A stretch of 61,944 nt of DNA, filler included. It is 4 parts of 4 records of this genome, joined end to end, with 100 filler letters (N's around TTAATTAATTAA, not from the genome) between each part and the next. Parts side by side here need not be neighbours in the genome. Positions count along the whole stretch, not along the records: positions 20,741 to 31,587 come from DRR723986_819; positions 31,688 to 51,945 come from DRR723986_822; 2 more parts are not named here. One strand, 5' to 3'. The position numbers were made by a program, and so were the translations under genes. Below, piece by piece: positions 28,777-39,676 of this stretch (positions within the stretch are counted from its first letter, which is position 1; the number at the start of each line of letters is the position of its first letter). The notes under the pieces are model-generated. The model was not told where the DNA came from. It ran no database searches and saw only the letters and a program-made list of their open reading frames with translations.

Positions 28777-31359
28777 TTGAGCCCGAGCGACAGCGATCCC
28801 GATCAAGAACGGCAGATTTCTTCCGAGACCTACGGCTGGCGGGCCTTGATCCGATCCCGGCTGGACAGCCTGGTGCGCCAAAGCCGCCGTGCCTTGTTCA
28901 TCGAACGCCTGTGGCGTGCTTTGCTTCCGGTGCTGGTGGTACTCGGTCTGTTTGTCGGGCTGTCCTGGCTTGGTCTGTGGCTGGTCCTTCCTGCCTGGGC
29001 AGGCCCGCTCGGGCTTCTCGTATTCGCTGCCGCCACCGTTTGGGCGGCACGGGATCTTTTCCACCTTGCCTGGCCGACGCGCGAGGATGCGCTCTCCCGG
29101 GTCGAGAAATCCTCAGGCCGAACTCACCGTCCCCTGACAACGCTTGAAGACGAATTGTCGGTCGGTGCGAGTGATCGCGAAAGCCAGGCGATCTGGGCCC
29201 TGCATCAGCGCCGCACAGCCGAAGCAGTCGCCGCGATCCGTTCGAAAGCGCCGGATCCGCAGGCCTTCCGACGCGATCCCTGGGCGCTTCGTGTCCTGGC
29301 CGCCAGTGTGCTTCTGATCGGGTTTTCGACAGCCAGTGGCGATCATTTCGGCCGACTGGTCTCGGCCTTTCAGAACCCGTTCAAGACAGTGGAACCGCCC
29401 AGCCGTCTCGATGCCTGGGTCACGCCGCCGCTCTATACCAGCGAGCCACCGATTTACCTGACGGGCGAAAGCGCCCAGTTGCGCGACCCGGGTTCGCCGA
29501 TCTCCGTGCCGGAAGGGTCGATACTTGTGGTCCGCACGCAAGGCGCACGTGATCTCAAGATGACCTACGCCCGTGCGGAAGACACCGAGCCTCAAGTGAT
29601 CGAACCTGAACTTGGGACAGAAACGGAAGATCCGGATCTGAAGACGCTTTTGCCGGTTGAACGCCGGCTCGAGCTGGAAACCACCGGCATCGTCGAACTG
29701 CTCAACGGCGAAGAGCCGATGCTGAGCTACGTCTTTGCGGTGAAGCCGGATGATGCACCGGACATCCGGTTGACGGACGATCCTGAAGAACAGCTCAGCG
29801 GTGCGCTCAAGTTTTCCTATCTTGTGAATGACGACTATGGCGTTGTAGCCGCTGAAGCTCGCATCGCGCCCCTGCCTGATCCGGACAACAACAACCGGGC
29901 GCCGCGCCCGCTTGTGGAAGCACCCCAGTTCCCGCTTTCACTGCCGCCGCGCGCCGGCACAGCCAAGACGGCGGAAACCATCCGGGACCTGACGTCGCAT
30001 CCCTGGGCCGGTTCTGAAGTCAATCTGTCGCTGCTGGCACGTGACCAGGCCGGTCAGGAAGGGCAATCGCCCGCGTACCGCATCACCCTGCCCCAGAGGC
30101 GCTTCGGCAAGCCTCTGGCCCGCGCTGTCGTTGAACAGCGCCGTAATCTTGCGCTTGATGCCGAAAGCCAGAGCGAGGTCATCATTGCGTTCGATGCCCT
30201 GATGCTGGCACCGGAAATGTTCGACTTCAAGCCGCGCAACTATCTGGGCATGCGCTTTGCCTACGGCTCTCTGGTGAACGCGAGGACCGACGAAGACCTG
30301 AAGGCCCTGTTGCCGCTTTTGTGGGACCTGGCCCTGTCGATCGAGGACGGTGACCTTTCCGCAGCCGAACGCAAGCTGCGTGATGCCCAGGAGGCCCTGC
30401 GCAAGGCGCTGGAAGAAGGGGCGAGCGACGAGGAAATCGCCAAGCTGACCCAGCAGCTGCGGGAAGCCCTGAACGAATACATGCAGGCACTGGCCGAGCA
30501 GATGCGCCAGAACCCGCAGGCCATGCAGCCTTTCGATGGCAATCAGCAGACGCTCAGCGAACAGGACCTGAGCGAAATGCTGGACCGGATCGAGGAACTG
30601 GCGCGTACCGGTTCCCGTGATGCCGCGCGCGAGCTGCTGGCACAGATGCAGCAGATGCTGGAAAACCTGCAAGCAGGCCGGCCGCAGATGATGCCCAACA
30701 GCATGTCCAGCGAAATGATGGAGATGCTCAACCAGCTGGGTGAAATGATCCAGCGGCAACAGCAGCTGATGGATGAAACCCACAAGTTCAACCAGGATCA
30801 GCAGCAGCAGCGCCGCGGTCAACAGCAGCAACCCGGTCAGCAACAACAGGGCCAGGGACAGCAGCTGACCCAGGAGCAACTGGAACAGATGCTTCAGCAG
30901 CTTCAGGAGGGCCAGGGTGACCTGGCGCAGCGGCTGCAGGAACTCATGGACCAGCTTAGCCAGAACGGCATGGGCCAGAACCAGGCGCTGGGTGAAGCCG
31001 GTGAGTCCATGGGCGAGGCTCAGCAGTCCCTGGGGGATGGACAGGGTCAGCAGGCGCTCGGCGAGCAGGGCGACGCCCTGGATGCCCTTCGGCGCGGCGC
31101 TCAGGGCCTGACGGAGCAGATGATGGGTCAGGGCGAAGGCCCGGGATCTCCCAACGGCGCGTCGCCGATGGACGAAGACCCTCTTGGCCGTCCGCGGCGC
31201 ACCGAGGGCCCGGACTTCAACAACCGGGTGCGCATCCCCGACGAAATCGATGTTCAGCGAGCGCGCCGGATCCTGGAAGAGCTCCGCCGCCGCTTCTCCG
31301 ATCCTTCCCGGCCGCAGCTGGAGCTCGATTATCTGGAACGGCTCCTGAAGCGGTACTAG
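28777..31359 (+). CDS. TIGR02302/DUF4175-family membrane-anchored coiled-coil protein
   Basis: N-terminal TM segments, DAWVTPPLYT, DDYGV, DLTSHPWAG, Q-rich helices and DPLGRP...YLERLL end. TTG start after GGAGG (ORF track begins at 28672). Confidence 0.88.
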   Translation: MSPSDSDPDQERQISSETYGWRALIRSRLDSLVRQSRRALFIERLWRALLPVLVVLGLFVGLSWLGLWLVLPAWAGPLGLLVFAAATVWAARDLFHLAWPTREDALSRVEKSSGRTHRPLTTLEDELSVGASDRESQAIWALHQRRTAEAVAAIRSKAPDPQAFRRDPWALRVLAASVLLIGFSTASGDHFGRLVSAFQNPFKTVEPPSRLDAWVTPPLYTSEPPIYLTGESAQLRDPGSPISVPEGSILVVRTQGARDLKMTYARAEDTEPQVIEPELGTETEDPDLKTLLPVERRLELETTGIVELLNGEEPMLSYVFAVKPDDAPDIRLTDDPEEQLSGALKFSYLVNDDYGVVAAEARIAPLPDPDNNNRAPRPLVEAPQFPLSLPPRAGTAKTAETIRDLTSHPWAGSEVNLSLLARDQAGQEGQSPAYRITLPQRRFGKPLARAVVEQRRNLALDAESQSEVIIAFDALMLAPEMFDFKPRNYLGMRFAYGSLVNARTDEDLKALLPLLWDLALSIEDGDLSAAERKLRDAQEALRKALEEGASDEEIAKLTQQLREALNEYMQALAEQMRQNPQAMQPFDGNQQTLSEQDLSEMLDRIEELARTGSRDAARELLAQMQQMLENLQAGRPQMMPNSMSSEMMEMLNQLGEMIQRQQQLMDETHKFNQDQQQQRRGQQQQPGQQQQGQGQQLTQEQLEQMLQQLQEGQGDLAQRLQELMDQLSQNGMGQNQALGEAGESMGEAQQSLGDGQGQQALGEQGDALDALRRGAQGLTEQMMGQGEGPGSPNGASPMDEDPLGRPRRTEGPDFNNRVRIPDEIDVQRARRILEELRRRFSDPSRPQLELDYLERLLKRY

Positions 31360-31381
31360 GCACCTTTCTGACAAGGTTTCA

Positions 31382-31412
31382 TGACCCCGCTTCGGCGGGG
31401 TCAGTTGTTTTT
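31382..31412 (+). terminator. Rho-independent terminator
   Basis: TGACCCCGC-TTCG-GCGGGGTCA followed by GTTGTTTTT. Confidence 0.8.
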
Positions 31413-31439
31413 GACGGTGATGTTTGTGTTTGTGGCCTA

Positions 31440-31587
31440 TCCTTCGAGACGCGCGCACGTGCGCTCCTCAGGATGAGATTGTCTTCTTGGGGTGAGGCCT
31501 TTTGTAAGTCCCGCGGAGAGCCCAGCCACATTCAGATATCTCTTTGCCGCAAGATCACCCTCATCCTGAGGAAGCGCGAAGCGCTGT
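31440..31587. repeat. Inverted pair of alphaproteobacterial REP/RIME-like palindromic units
   Basis: TCCTTCGAGACGCGC...GCGCTCCTCAGGATGAG (31440-31477) and inverted CTCATCCTGAGGAAGCGCGAAGCGCTGT (31560-31587, cut by the contig end). Confidence 0.7.
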
Positions 31588-31687
31588 NNNNNNNNNNNNN
31601 NNNNNNNNNNNNNNNNNNNNNNNNNNNNNNNTTAATTAATTAANNNNNNNNNNNNNNNNNNNNNNNNNNNNNNNNNNNNNNNNNNNN
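31588..31687. other. Artificial contig-joining spacer
   Basis: N44-TTAATTAATTAA-N44. Base composition and codon usage change abruptly across it. Confidence 0.97.
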
Positions 31688-31878
31688 GCATGCGAAACGC
31701 GAGCGCGTCTTCGCATCAGATCCTGGCGGATCGGCCCCTCGCTGCGAATCAAAATGGGCGACTTGATCTTGAATCAGCAGAACGAAGTAACGCTGCTGCA
31801 AATCCAGACCTCACCTTAAGTCGCTTAGCGCACGCGTTAAAAGATAACGCGAACTCGTATACGCTAACCGTAATATCT

Positions 31879-32532
31879 TTACTTCAATGTCGCTGAAAAC
31901 GTCGGCCAAATATTTTCCAGAATTTTCGGTTGTGCTCCCGCATTTGGATGAATTCCATCTGCTTGAAACGCAGTGGGGTCTAGCGCGAAACCTTCCAGCA
32001 TAAACGGCACCAAAGGCACCTTCTGTTTTCGTGCCACCTCTGGGAATGTGTCGCCAAAGCGGCGGGCATACGCTGGTCCGTAATTCGATGGAATTTGCAT
32101 GCCAATCAGTACAGCCTGAGCGCCACTGCGCCGGGCTGCGACCAGCATATTGGTCAAGTTGTCTTTCATGGTGTCCAGGGACAGTCCGCGTAATCCATCG
32201 TTGGCGCCGAGTTCCAGAATCATGTGCGAGGGTGAATGTTGTTTTAGCAGGGCTGGCAAGCGTGTTTTCCCCCCGGCTGTTGTTTCACCTGACACCGACG
32301 CATTCACAACCTTGCAGTGCGGGAACTTTTCAGCCAAACGGCTCTCCATCAATGCGACCCAACCTTGTTCTTTGGGCAGACCATAGGCGGCCGAAAGGCT
32401 GTCTCCCATCACCAGAATTTTGCATTCCTGGCCTGTAGTTGCCGCAAAGCTGGATACACTGGTCGACAAGCCAAAAGCAATAAAGCCAAACGCCAAGGTG
32501 TTTTTAATTTTTTTCGCAGTAAAGGCAAACAT
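31879..32532 (-). CDS. tesA: Arylesterase / acyl-CoA thioesterase I (GDSL/SGNH)
   Basis: Signal peptide, GDSLSAAYG, ELGANDGLRG and DGIHP. Confidence 0.93.
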   Translation of the reverse strand: MFAFTAKKIKNTLAFGFIAFGLSTSVSSFAATTGQECKILVMGDSLSAAYGLPKEQGWVALMESRLAEKFPHCKVVNASVSGETTAGGKTRLPALLKQHSPSHMILELGANDGLRGLSLDTMKDNLTNMLVAARRSGAQAVLIGMQIPSNYGPAYARRFGDTFPEVARKQKVPLVPFMLEGFALDPTAFQADGIHPNAGAQPKILENIWPTFSATLK

Positions 32533-33211
32533 GAGTCGTGCAATCCTCGAAGTCGAAGGTTTAAATCAGCTGGTTCAAGACGGGCAAAGCAGTTTGTCCA
32601 TTCTTGAGAACATCTCTTTCACTATAAATCAAGGTGAAGCGGTTGCCATCGTGGGTGCCTCCGGTTCCGGTAAATCCACATTGTTGGGCATGCTCGCTGG
32701 GTTGGACATTCCATCCAGTGGCGCAGTTCGCTTTTTAGGTGAAGACTTAACTCAACTTAACGAAGACCGCCGTGCCAGCTTGAGAGCCGAGCATGTGGGC
32801 TTTGTATTTCAGTCGTTTCAGTTGCTGGATCACTTGAGTGCACTTGAGAATGTGATGTTGGCCACAGAATTGACTCCCATGCAGAATCGCGAGAACGCCT
32901 GCAAAGAAATGCTGCAGCGTGTGGGATTGGGTGATAGGTTGAACCACACGCCCAAGACACTCTCGGGAGGCGAGCAACAACGCGTTGCCTTGGCTCGGGC
33001 ATTCGTACGAAAACCGACGATTGTGTTTGCCGACGAACCTACAGGAAGCCTTGATTTCGCAACTGGCCAGCGAATAATTGACTTGATGTTTGACCTTCAG
33101 AAGGAGCTGGGTACCACCTTGATATTGGTGACCCACGATGACAAGCTGGCGGCGCGCTGTTCAAGGCAGTTAACCATAGCGGCGGGCGCTTTGGCCCAAG
33201 AGGTGGTTTAA
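32531..33211 (+). CDS. ybbA: ABC transporter ATP-binding protein (YbbA-like)
   Basis: [33 protein letters not shown] and FADEPTG; divergent from tesA. Confidence 0.88.
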   Translation: MSRAILEVEGLNQLVQDGQSSLSILENISFTINQGEAVAIVGASGSGKSTLLGMLAGLDIPSSGAVRFLGEDLTQLNEDRRASLRAEHVGFVFQSFQLLDHLSALENVMLATELTPMQNRENACKEMLQRVGLGDRLNHTPKTLSGGEQQRVALARAFVRKPTIVFADEPTGSLDFATGQRIIDLMFDLQKELGTTLILVTHDDKLAARCSRQLTIAAGALAQEVV

Positions 33212-34846
33212 CCACCTTTTCATCCGCCCGGCAATTTCGCTGGCATGTGAAACGTACAGAAACTCTCGCTCACCCGCCAGCGGTTCAAGCGACAGTCCGT
33301 GTAGATACACCGCGAATGACGCGGCTTTGAATTCATCCAGACCTTGCCCCAGCATGGCGGCTATGGCACCAGCGAGCACATCGCCACTGCCCGCGGTCGC
33401 CAATGCGGGGCCACCCGTGGTGTTGATTTCAATTTGATTTGGTTTGCAGATCAAGCTGCCAGTGCCTTTCAACACCACTGTGCAGTCAAATTGAGAGGCC
33501 AGGGATTGCGCCGCTTTCACGCGATCGGCCTGAATCATTTCAGTTGTGCTTTGGAGAAGGCGTGCTGCCTCTAGCGGGTGCGGCGTCAACACCAGGCTTT
33601 TAGAGCGATGTTTTCGCCGGTAGTGCTCCAAACGCATGCGCAATGCCGAATTGGCTGCAAGAAGATTTAGTGCGTCGGCGTCCCATACCATGTTCAAACC
33701 TTTGTCGTGTTCGAGCAGCGCGTGAACCATATTCAGGGCCTCGTCATTTTGCCCAAGGCCTGGACCGATCACAACGGTGTCGGCAAACTCAAGATTACTT
33801 TGCAGCCCCTTGTTCATGATTTCTGGAAAGACCAGGTCAAGAAAGGGCGTTTGACCCTGATGTTGAATATCCGGCAAGTGCATGTCTTCTTCATTCAACA
33901 GGGTCAGGGCCACTCGCCCGCAGCCCAGCATCAAGGCCGTTCGGGCGCTCAACAGGCAGGCCCCAACCATGCCCCGTTGACCGCCAAGCACCGCAAGGCT
34001 GCCAAAGCTACCCTTGTGATGCTCATGGTTGCGCCGGGGCAGGCGTTGTAACTGATCAAGCCGGGAAACTGCTTGAACAACCAGACCCCATTTAACGGTA
34101 TTTGCGCCCCGTGTCTCAAGCAGGGCATCGCAATTCAGCGTATCTATCCACAGTTCACCACACAAACCCTTGCCTTGATCACTCAACAGTCCGTGCTTGC
34201 AGGCAAGGTAGCTGAAAGTGGTGTGTGCCTGAACCGCTGCGCCGGGCGCACTACCCGTATCACAGTTCAGTCCGCTGGGGCAGTCCAGCGCATATACCCT
34301 CGCGAGGTGGCGATGGGCGTTGATTTGTTGAATCAGTCGTTCAATCAGGCCTTGTGGTGCCCTGTCGCAGGCAATTCCCAGCAAACCGTCGACAATTACC
34401 GTGCCCATGCCAATCTCGGGCAAGGACATGCCGGACTCAATCTCGATGGGTTGGACACCATGTGCCAGGGCCCACAGCACCGCTTGCATTCTGTCCTTTG
34501 ACCCTTGCTTTCCCTCGGTGACCTGCAACAGATCGACGTGTAAGCCCTTGCGTTTCAATTCTCCTGCAACGATGCAGGCATCACCTCCATTGTTGCCGGG
34601 ACCGGCCAGCACCAGACAGCGAGTTGCATGTGTTTCGCTGTGCGCTATTTGATCGACGATTTTCAGGGCCGAGCGTACTCCGGCAGCCTGCATGAGTAAG
34701 AAGGAATCGATGTGCGAGAAAGCGGCCTGTTCCATTGCCCGGATTTGCTTTACCGACAGCACTGGCATTGATTTTTGGTCCAACTGGAGCCAGTTGGCAT
34801 GGCCCAGGTTCTCAGGGTGTAGGTCAATCAGTTCAGGCATGCGCAT
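33170..34846 (-). CDS. nnr: Bifunctional NAD(P)H-hydrate epimerase/dehydratase
   Basis: GPGNNGGD, DGLLGI, DCPSG, HKGSFG, GPGLG, DADALN, LTPHPLEAARLL and LATAGSGDVLAG. Confidence 0.95.
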   Translation of the reverse strand: MRMPELIDLHPENLGHANWLQLDQKSMPVLSVKQIRAMEQAAFSHIDSFLLMQAAGVRSALKIVDQIAHSETHATRCLVLAGPGNNGGDACIVAGELKRKGLHVDLLQVTEGKQGSKDRMQAVLWALAHGVQPIEIESGMSLPEIGMGTVIVDGLLGIACDRAPQGLIERLIQQINAHRHLARVYALDCPSGLNCDTGSAPGAAVQAHTTFSYLACKHGLLSDQGKGLCGELWIDTLNCDALLETRGANTVKWGLVVQAVSRLDQLQRLPRRNHEHHKGSFGSLAVLGGQRGMVGACLLSARTALMLGCGRVALTLLNEEDMHLPDIQHQGQTPFLDLVFPEIMNKGLQSNLEFADTVVIGPGLGQNDEALNMVHALLEHDKGLNMVWDADALNLLAANSALRMRLEHYRRKHRSKSLVLTPHPLEAARLLQSTTEMIQADRVKAAQSLASQFDCTVVLKGTGSLICKPNQIEINTTGGPALATAGSGDVLAGAIAAMLGQGLDEFKAASFAVYLHGLSLEPLAGEREFLYVSHASEIAGRMKRWLNHLLGQSARRYG

Positions 34847-34944
34847 TCCATGGAAATTCAGGGTGGTTTATCCAGCCTTGTTGCTCAGTTTTGGGGCTGT
34901 AGCACTTATAATTCAAGATTACCTCAACCACCCCCACTGCTGTC

Positions 34945-37900
34945 ATGTCTCTTGCCCTGTCTTCGGCTGATCAATTCAATGTTTCTACCTTTAACGGTGC
35001 GTCTGCCCTGTCTGCATTCCGCGCAGAAGGCCTGTTGAAACGCTTGCAGGCCATTGATTCAAACGTGACGGCGGTGCGTGCTCATTTTGTGCACTTTGTG
35101 GCCACCCGGGCTGCACTGGAAGGGCAGCAGCGCCAAGTGATGGAAGGTTTGCTCGATTACGGCCACGCTGCCCCGGCGTTGGACCGGGTTGACCTTAGCT
35201 GTGTGGTTGTTCCCCGCCTGGGTACGGTTAGTCCTTGGGCTTCCAAGGCGACTGACATTGCCCACAACGCTGGCTTGGGCACAGTGGTACGCATGGAACG
35301 CGGTATCGAGTTTCAGTTGACCTTCAAGAAAGGCTTGCTGGGTGGCAGCAAACTGCCGGAGGGCACCGCTTTGCAGGCCTTGAAGGGTGCGCTGTACGAC
35401 CGCATGACGGAAACCGTGCTGCCTGATGGCTTCGACGTGAAAGGCCTGTTTCTGCCCCTGCAGGGTAAAAGCCTGCAAATCGTGGAATTGAGCGAAGGAC
35501 GCCATTCCCTGGTGAAAGCCAACAGTGAACTGGGTTTGGCGCTGAGCGAAGATGAAATTGATTATTTGCTGGATGCATACACTGCCATGGGCCGTTCGCC
35601 CACCGATGTTGAGCTGATGATGTTTGCGCAGGCGAACAGCGAACACTGTCGTCACAAAATTTTCAATGCGACCTGGACCATTGATGGGCAGGCGCAGGAC
35701 GAAACACTGTTCGGAATGATACGCAACACTCACAAAACCACCCCGCAAGGCACGGTGGTGGCGTATTCCGACAATGCCGCGGTCATTGCTGGTGGCAAGG
35801 CTGAGCGCTTTTTTGCTGATGCCGATGGCGTGTATCGCCCGCATGATGAAACCACGCATTTTGTAATCAAGGTGGAAACCCACAACCATCCCACCGCCAT
35901 TTCGCCATATGCGGGCGCTGCCACCGGTTCAGGCGGCGAAATTCGTGACGAGGGTGCCACTGGCCGTGGCGCCAAGCCCAAAGCGGGTCTGTGTGGCTTT
36001 ACCACTTCGCACTTGCGTTTTGAGGGTGGCAAGGAAAGTTGGGAAAGTGGGCAAGACGCCTTGGTGCCACTGGAGCAACGTGCAGAGCGGCCTCAGCCTG
36101 TCGGTATTCCTACACGCATCGCCACGCCTGAACAAATTATGATTGATGGTCCAATTGGCGCCGCTGCGTTCAACAATGAATTTGGTCGCCCGAACCTGGG
36201 TGGCTACTTCCGCACATTCGAGCAACGTGTGGGTGATCGTGTTTATGGTTATCACAAGCCCATCATGATTGCGGGTGGCCTGGGCAATATTCGGGAAGTG
36301 CACACTCACAAATGCGATTTGCCGGCTGGCAGCTTGTTAATACAGCTGGGCGGCCCTGGCATGCGCATTGGCATGGGCGGTGGTGCGGCGTCGTCGATGA
36401 ATGCGGGTACCAACACCGAGTCTCTCGATTTTGATTCTGTACAACGTGCCAACCCTGAAATGGAACGCCGTGCGCAGGAGGTACTCGATCGCTGCTGGAC
36501 CTTGGGCGAAGCCAACCCGATTTTGAGCATTCATGATGTGGGCGCGGGCGGTATTTCCAATGCATTCCCAGAACTGGCCGATGCTTCAAACAAGGGAGCG
36601 GAATTTGATCTGCGTAAAGTGAATCTGGATGAAAGCGGATTGAGTCCTGCCGAGATTTGGTGCAATGAATCGCAGGAACGTTACGTGATGGGTATTGCGC
36701 CCGAGTCGCTCGAACTGTTCACACAGTTGTGCGAGCGTGAACGTTGCCCCTTCTGTGTGGTGGGCGTTGTGACTGACGAGCGTCAGTTGAAAGTGCTCGA
36801 CGCGGAAAGCAGCAGCAACCCGGTCGACATGCCCATGGAGGTATTGCTGGGCAAACCACCCCGCATGGAGCGCAATGACAACCGTGTTGAAACGGTGAAA
36901 GCCGAAATTGATTTGACCCAAACGGAGTTGGGTCAGGCGATTGAACAAGTGTTGAAATTCCCCGCTGTGGCTTCCAAGCGTTTCCTGATTACGATTGGTG
37001 ACCGCACGGTGGGTGGTTTTACAGCCCGCGATCAAATGGTTGGTCCTTATCAGGTGCCTGTGGCCGATGTGGCTGTGACAATTGACGATTACACCGGCTA
37101 CGCAGGCCAGGCTATGGCCATGGGTGAGCGCACACCGCTTGCGGTGTTGAATGCACCTGCTTCAGGCCGCATGGCCATCGCAGAGAGCATTACCAACCTG
37201 CTGGCTGCACCAGTTGAAAAACTGGAAGATGTGAAATTGAGTGCCAACTGGATGGCCGCTTGCGGTACACCCGGACAGGATGCTGCGTTGTTTGATACCG
37301 TGAAAGCCATTGGTATGGACCTTTGCCCACAGTTGGGCTTGGGCATTCCAGTGGGCAAAGATTCGCTTTCCATGCGAACACGCTGGAATGAGGGTGATGT
37401 GCAGAAGGAAGTGTTGTCGCCTGTCAGTTTGATTGTTTCTGCTTTCTCAAAAATCAACGATGTGCGTGGCACACTAACGCCGGTTCTGAACACTGTTGAA
37501 GACACCGTACTGGTGCTGGTTGACCTGGCACGCGGCAAAATGCGCCTGGGCGCCAGCGTGTTGGCGCAGGTGACCAACCAGTTGGGTGAGGATGTGCCCG
37601 ATGTGGAGGATGCAAGCGACATCAAAAACTTTGCGATGGCCATGAATGCCTTGCGTGAAAAAGGTTTGGTGCACGCTTATCACGACCGCTCTGACGGCGG
37701 TTTGCTGGCAGCTTTGGCCGAAATGAGTTTTGCCAGCCGCTGTGGTTTGTCGATCAACCTGGATTTAATCACTATCGACCCCTATTCAGCAGATTGGGGC
37801 GATTTTAAAATTCGCCCTGAGCAGGTCAGCGTGCAACGCAGCGAACTTACCCTGAAAGCCTTGTTCAACGAGGAATTGGGTGTGGTGTTGCAGGTGCCCG

Positions 37901-38988
37901 CTGCTCAGAAAAGCGAGGCCATGCAAGTGTTGCGCGATTTCAATTTGAGCAAGCACAGCAACATCATAGGCAAGCCAAATGATCGTGACGTGATCGAGTT
38001 TTATCGTGATGCCAAGTGCATTTATTCCGAGAGCCGCGCCAAGCTTCAGGGTATTTGGGATGACACCAGCTACCAAATCGCCAAGCGCCGCGACAACCCG
38101 GCTTGTGCGGAAAGCGAACACAAGGCCGCGGCTGAATTGCCCAATGCTTTGGTGTGGCAACCCAGTTTTGACATTACCGAAAACCCCGCAGCGCCATTCA
38201 TTGCGACAGGCGCAAAGCCGCGAGTCGCTGTGCTGCGCGAACAAGGCGTGAACGGTCAGCTTGAAATGGCAGGCGCATTCACCTTGGCTGGTTTCGAGGC
38301 GGTGGATGTACACATGAGCGACCTGTTGAGTGGCAAACGTAAGCTGGCTGATTTCCAGGGCTTGGCCGCTTGCGGTGGTTTCAGTTACGGCGATGTGTTG
38401 GGTGCTGGCGAGGGTTGGGCCAAGACCATTCGCTACAATAGTGTATTGGCTGATCAATTTGCAGAGTTTTTCGGTCGCAGTGATGTGTTTGGCCTGGGTG
38501 TGTGCAATGGTTGCCAAATGATGGCGACTTTGGCTGATTTGATTCCCGGTGCAACGCATTGGCCAAAGCTGATGCGCAATGAAAGCGAGCAGTACGAGGC
38601 GCGTTTGGTCAATGTGAAAATCAACAAGACGCCTTCGATTTTGTTGAGTGGCATGGAAGGCTCGGTGGTACCGGTGGTGGTCGCGCATGGTGAAGGCCGC
38701 GCCGATTTTTCTCGCCAAGGCAACCACGGCAAATTGAGCGCGGAAGGTTTGGTGGCCGTGCAGTATGTGAATTCGCAAGGCGAGGCCACACAGCAGTACC
38801 CGTTCAACCCCAATGGCAGCCCTGACGCGTTGGCGGGTTTCACCACGCCGGATGGTCGTTTTACCATCATGATGCCGCACCCTGAGCGAGTATTCCGCAA
38901 TGTACAAATGAGTTGGGCGCCCAAAGATGCGGGCGAGTTTTCACCCTGGATGCGTTTGTTCTACAACGCGCGCAAGGCATTGGGTTAA
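34945..38988 (+). CDS. purL: Phosphoribosylformylglycinamidine synthase (large type)
   Basis: 1347 aa with [26 protein letters not shown] and MMPHPER. Confidence 0.98.
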   Translation: MSLALSSADQFNVSTFNGASALSAFRAEGLLKRLQAIDSNVTAVRAHFVHFVATRAALEGQQRQVMEGLLDYGHAAPALDRVDLSCVVVPRLGTVSPWASKATDIAHNAGLGTVVRMERGIEFQLTFKKGLLGGSKLPEGTALQALKGALYDRMTETVLPDGFDVKGLFLPLQGKSLQIVELSEGRHSLVKANSELGLALSEDEIDYLLDAYTAMGRSPTDVELMMFAQANSEHCRHKIFNATWTIDGQAQDETLFGMIRNTHKTTPQGTVVAYSDNAAVIAGGKAERFFADADGVYRPHDETTHFVIKVETHNHPTAISPYAGAATGSGGEIRDEGATGRGAKPKAGLCGFTTSHLRFEGGKESWESGQDALVPLEQRAERPQPVGIPTRIATPEQIMIDGPIGAAAFNNEFGRPNLGGYFRTFEQRVGDRVYGYHKPIMIAGGLGNIREVHTHKCDLPAGSLLIQLGGPGMRIGMGGGAASSMNAGTNTESLDFDSVQRANPEMERRAQEVLDRCWTLGEANPILSIHDVGAGGISNAFPELADASNKGAEFDLRKVNLDESGLSPAEIWCNESQERYVMGIAPESLELFTQLCERERCPFCVVGVVTDERQLKVLDAESSSNPVDMPMEVLLGKPPRMERNDNRVETVKAEIDLTQTELGQAIEQVLKFPAVASKRFLITIGDRTVGGFTARDQMVGPYQVPVADVAVTIDDYTGYAGQAMAMGERTPLAVLNAPASGRMAIAESITNLLAAPVEKLEDVKLSANWMAACGTPGQDAALFDTVKAIGMDLCPQLGLGIPVGKDSLSMRTRWNEGDVQKEVLSPVSLIVSAFSKINDVRGTLTPVLNTVEDTVLVLVDLARGKMRLGASVLAQVTNQLGEDVPDVEDASDIKNFAMAMNALREKGLVHAYHDRSDGGLLAALAEMSFASRCGLSINLDLITIDPYSADWGDFKIRPEQVSVQRSELTLKALFNEELGVVLQVPAAQKSEAMQVLRDFNLSKHSNIIGKPNDRDVIEFYRDAKCIYSESRAKLQGIWDDTSYQIAKRRDNPACAESEHKAAAELPNALVWQPSFDITENPAAPFIATGAKPRVAVLREQGVNGQLEMAGAFTLAGFEAVDVHMSDLLSGKRKLADFQGLAACGGFSYGDVLGAGEGWAKTIRYNSVLADQFAEFFGRSDVFGLGVCNGCQMMATLADLIPGATHWPKLMRNESEQYEARLVNVKINKTPSILLSGMEGSVVPVVVAHGEGRADFSRQGNHGKLSAEGLVAVQYVNSQGEATQQYPFNPNGSPDALAGFTTPDGRFTIMMPHPERVFRNVQMSWAPKDAGEFSPWMRLFYNARKALG

Positions 38989-39666
38989 ATGGGCAGTACG
39001 ACCGTGTGGCAACCCCTGGTCATGGATCAGCAATGGCCAGCCAAGGTGTTTGATGTGCAATGCACTGCATGCCCACGTTTGCATGCCTTTCATGAGCAAA
39101 ATCGCCAAAAATTTCCCGGGCATTTTAATGGCCCGGTTCCTCCATTCGGTCCAGACAATGCCGAGCTTCTGATTGTCGGCTTGGCCCCTGGACTGCACGG
39201 CGCAAACCGCAGTGGAAGACCATTCACGGGCGATTATTGTGGGGATTTGTTGTACAGCACCTTGCACAAGTTTGGCTTTGCCAACCGGCCTGTGTCGATG
39301 GCTGTGGGTGATGGCCTGCAACTTGTCAATGCGCGCGTGAGCAATGCAGTCAAGTGTGTTCCGCCAGAGAACAAGCCTACACCGGCCGAGATTAATACCT
39401 GCAATCAGTTCATCGCCCATGAGTTCAAGGTTCACCCGCCCAAGGCAGTGTTGGCACTGGGCTTGGTTGGGCACCAAGCGGTGTTGAAGGCCCTGGGTCA
39501 AAGGCAAAGTGCCTTCAAGTTCGGGCATGCCGCTCAACATGATTTGGGTGCGTTTCGCTTGTTCGACAGTTATCACGTAAGTCGATACAACACGCAAACC
39601 GGCCGACTGACCGCACCCATGTTTGAGGCTGTGATGGAGTCGATTAGCCGTTTTCTGAAGGTGTGA
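38989..39666 (+). CDS. Uracil-DNA glycosylase, family 5 (UdgB-like, Fe-S)
   Basis: [35 protein letters not shown]...C and YHVSRYNT. The start could instead be the Met at 39022. Confidence 0.9.
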   Translation: MGSTTVWQPLVMDQQWPAKVFDVQCTACPRLHAFHEQNRQKFPGHFNGPVPPFGPDNAELLIVGLAPGLHGANRSGRPFTGDYCGDLLYSTLHKFGFANRPVSMAVGDGLQLVNARVSNAVKCVPPENKPTPAEINTCNQFIAHEFKVHPPKAVLALGLVGHQAVLKALGQRQSAFKFGHAAQHDLGAFRLFDSYHVSRYNTQTGRLTAPMFEAVMESISRFLKV

Positions 39667-39676
39667 GGGCAGGGCG

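Noticed and set aside
30780-30910. CAG-rich tract as a tandem repeat or contingency locus
   Set aside because: It is an in-frame Gln-rich linker, usual for TIGR02302-family proteins.
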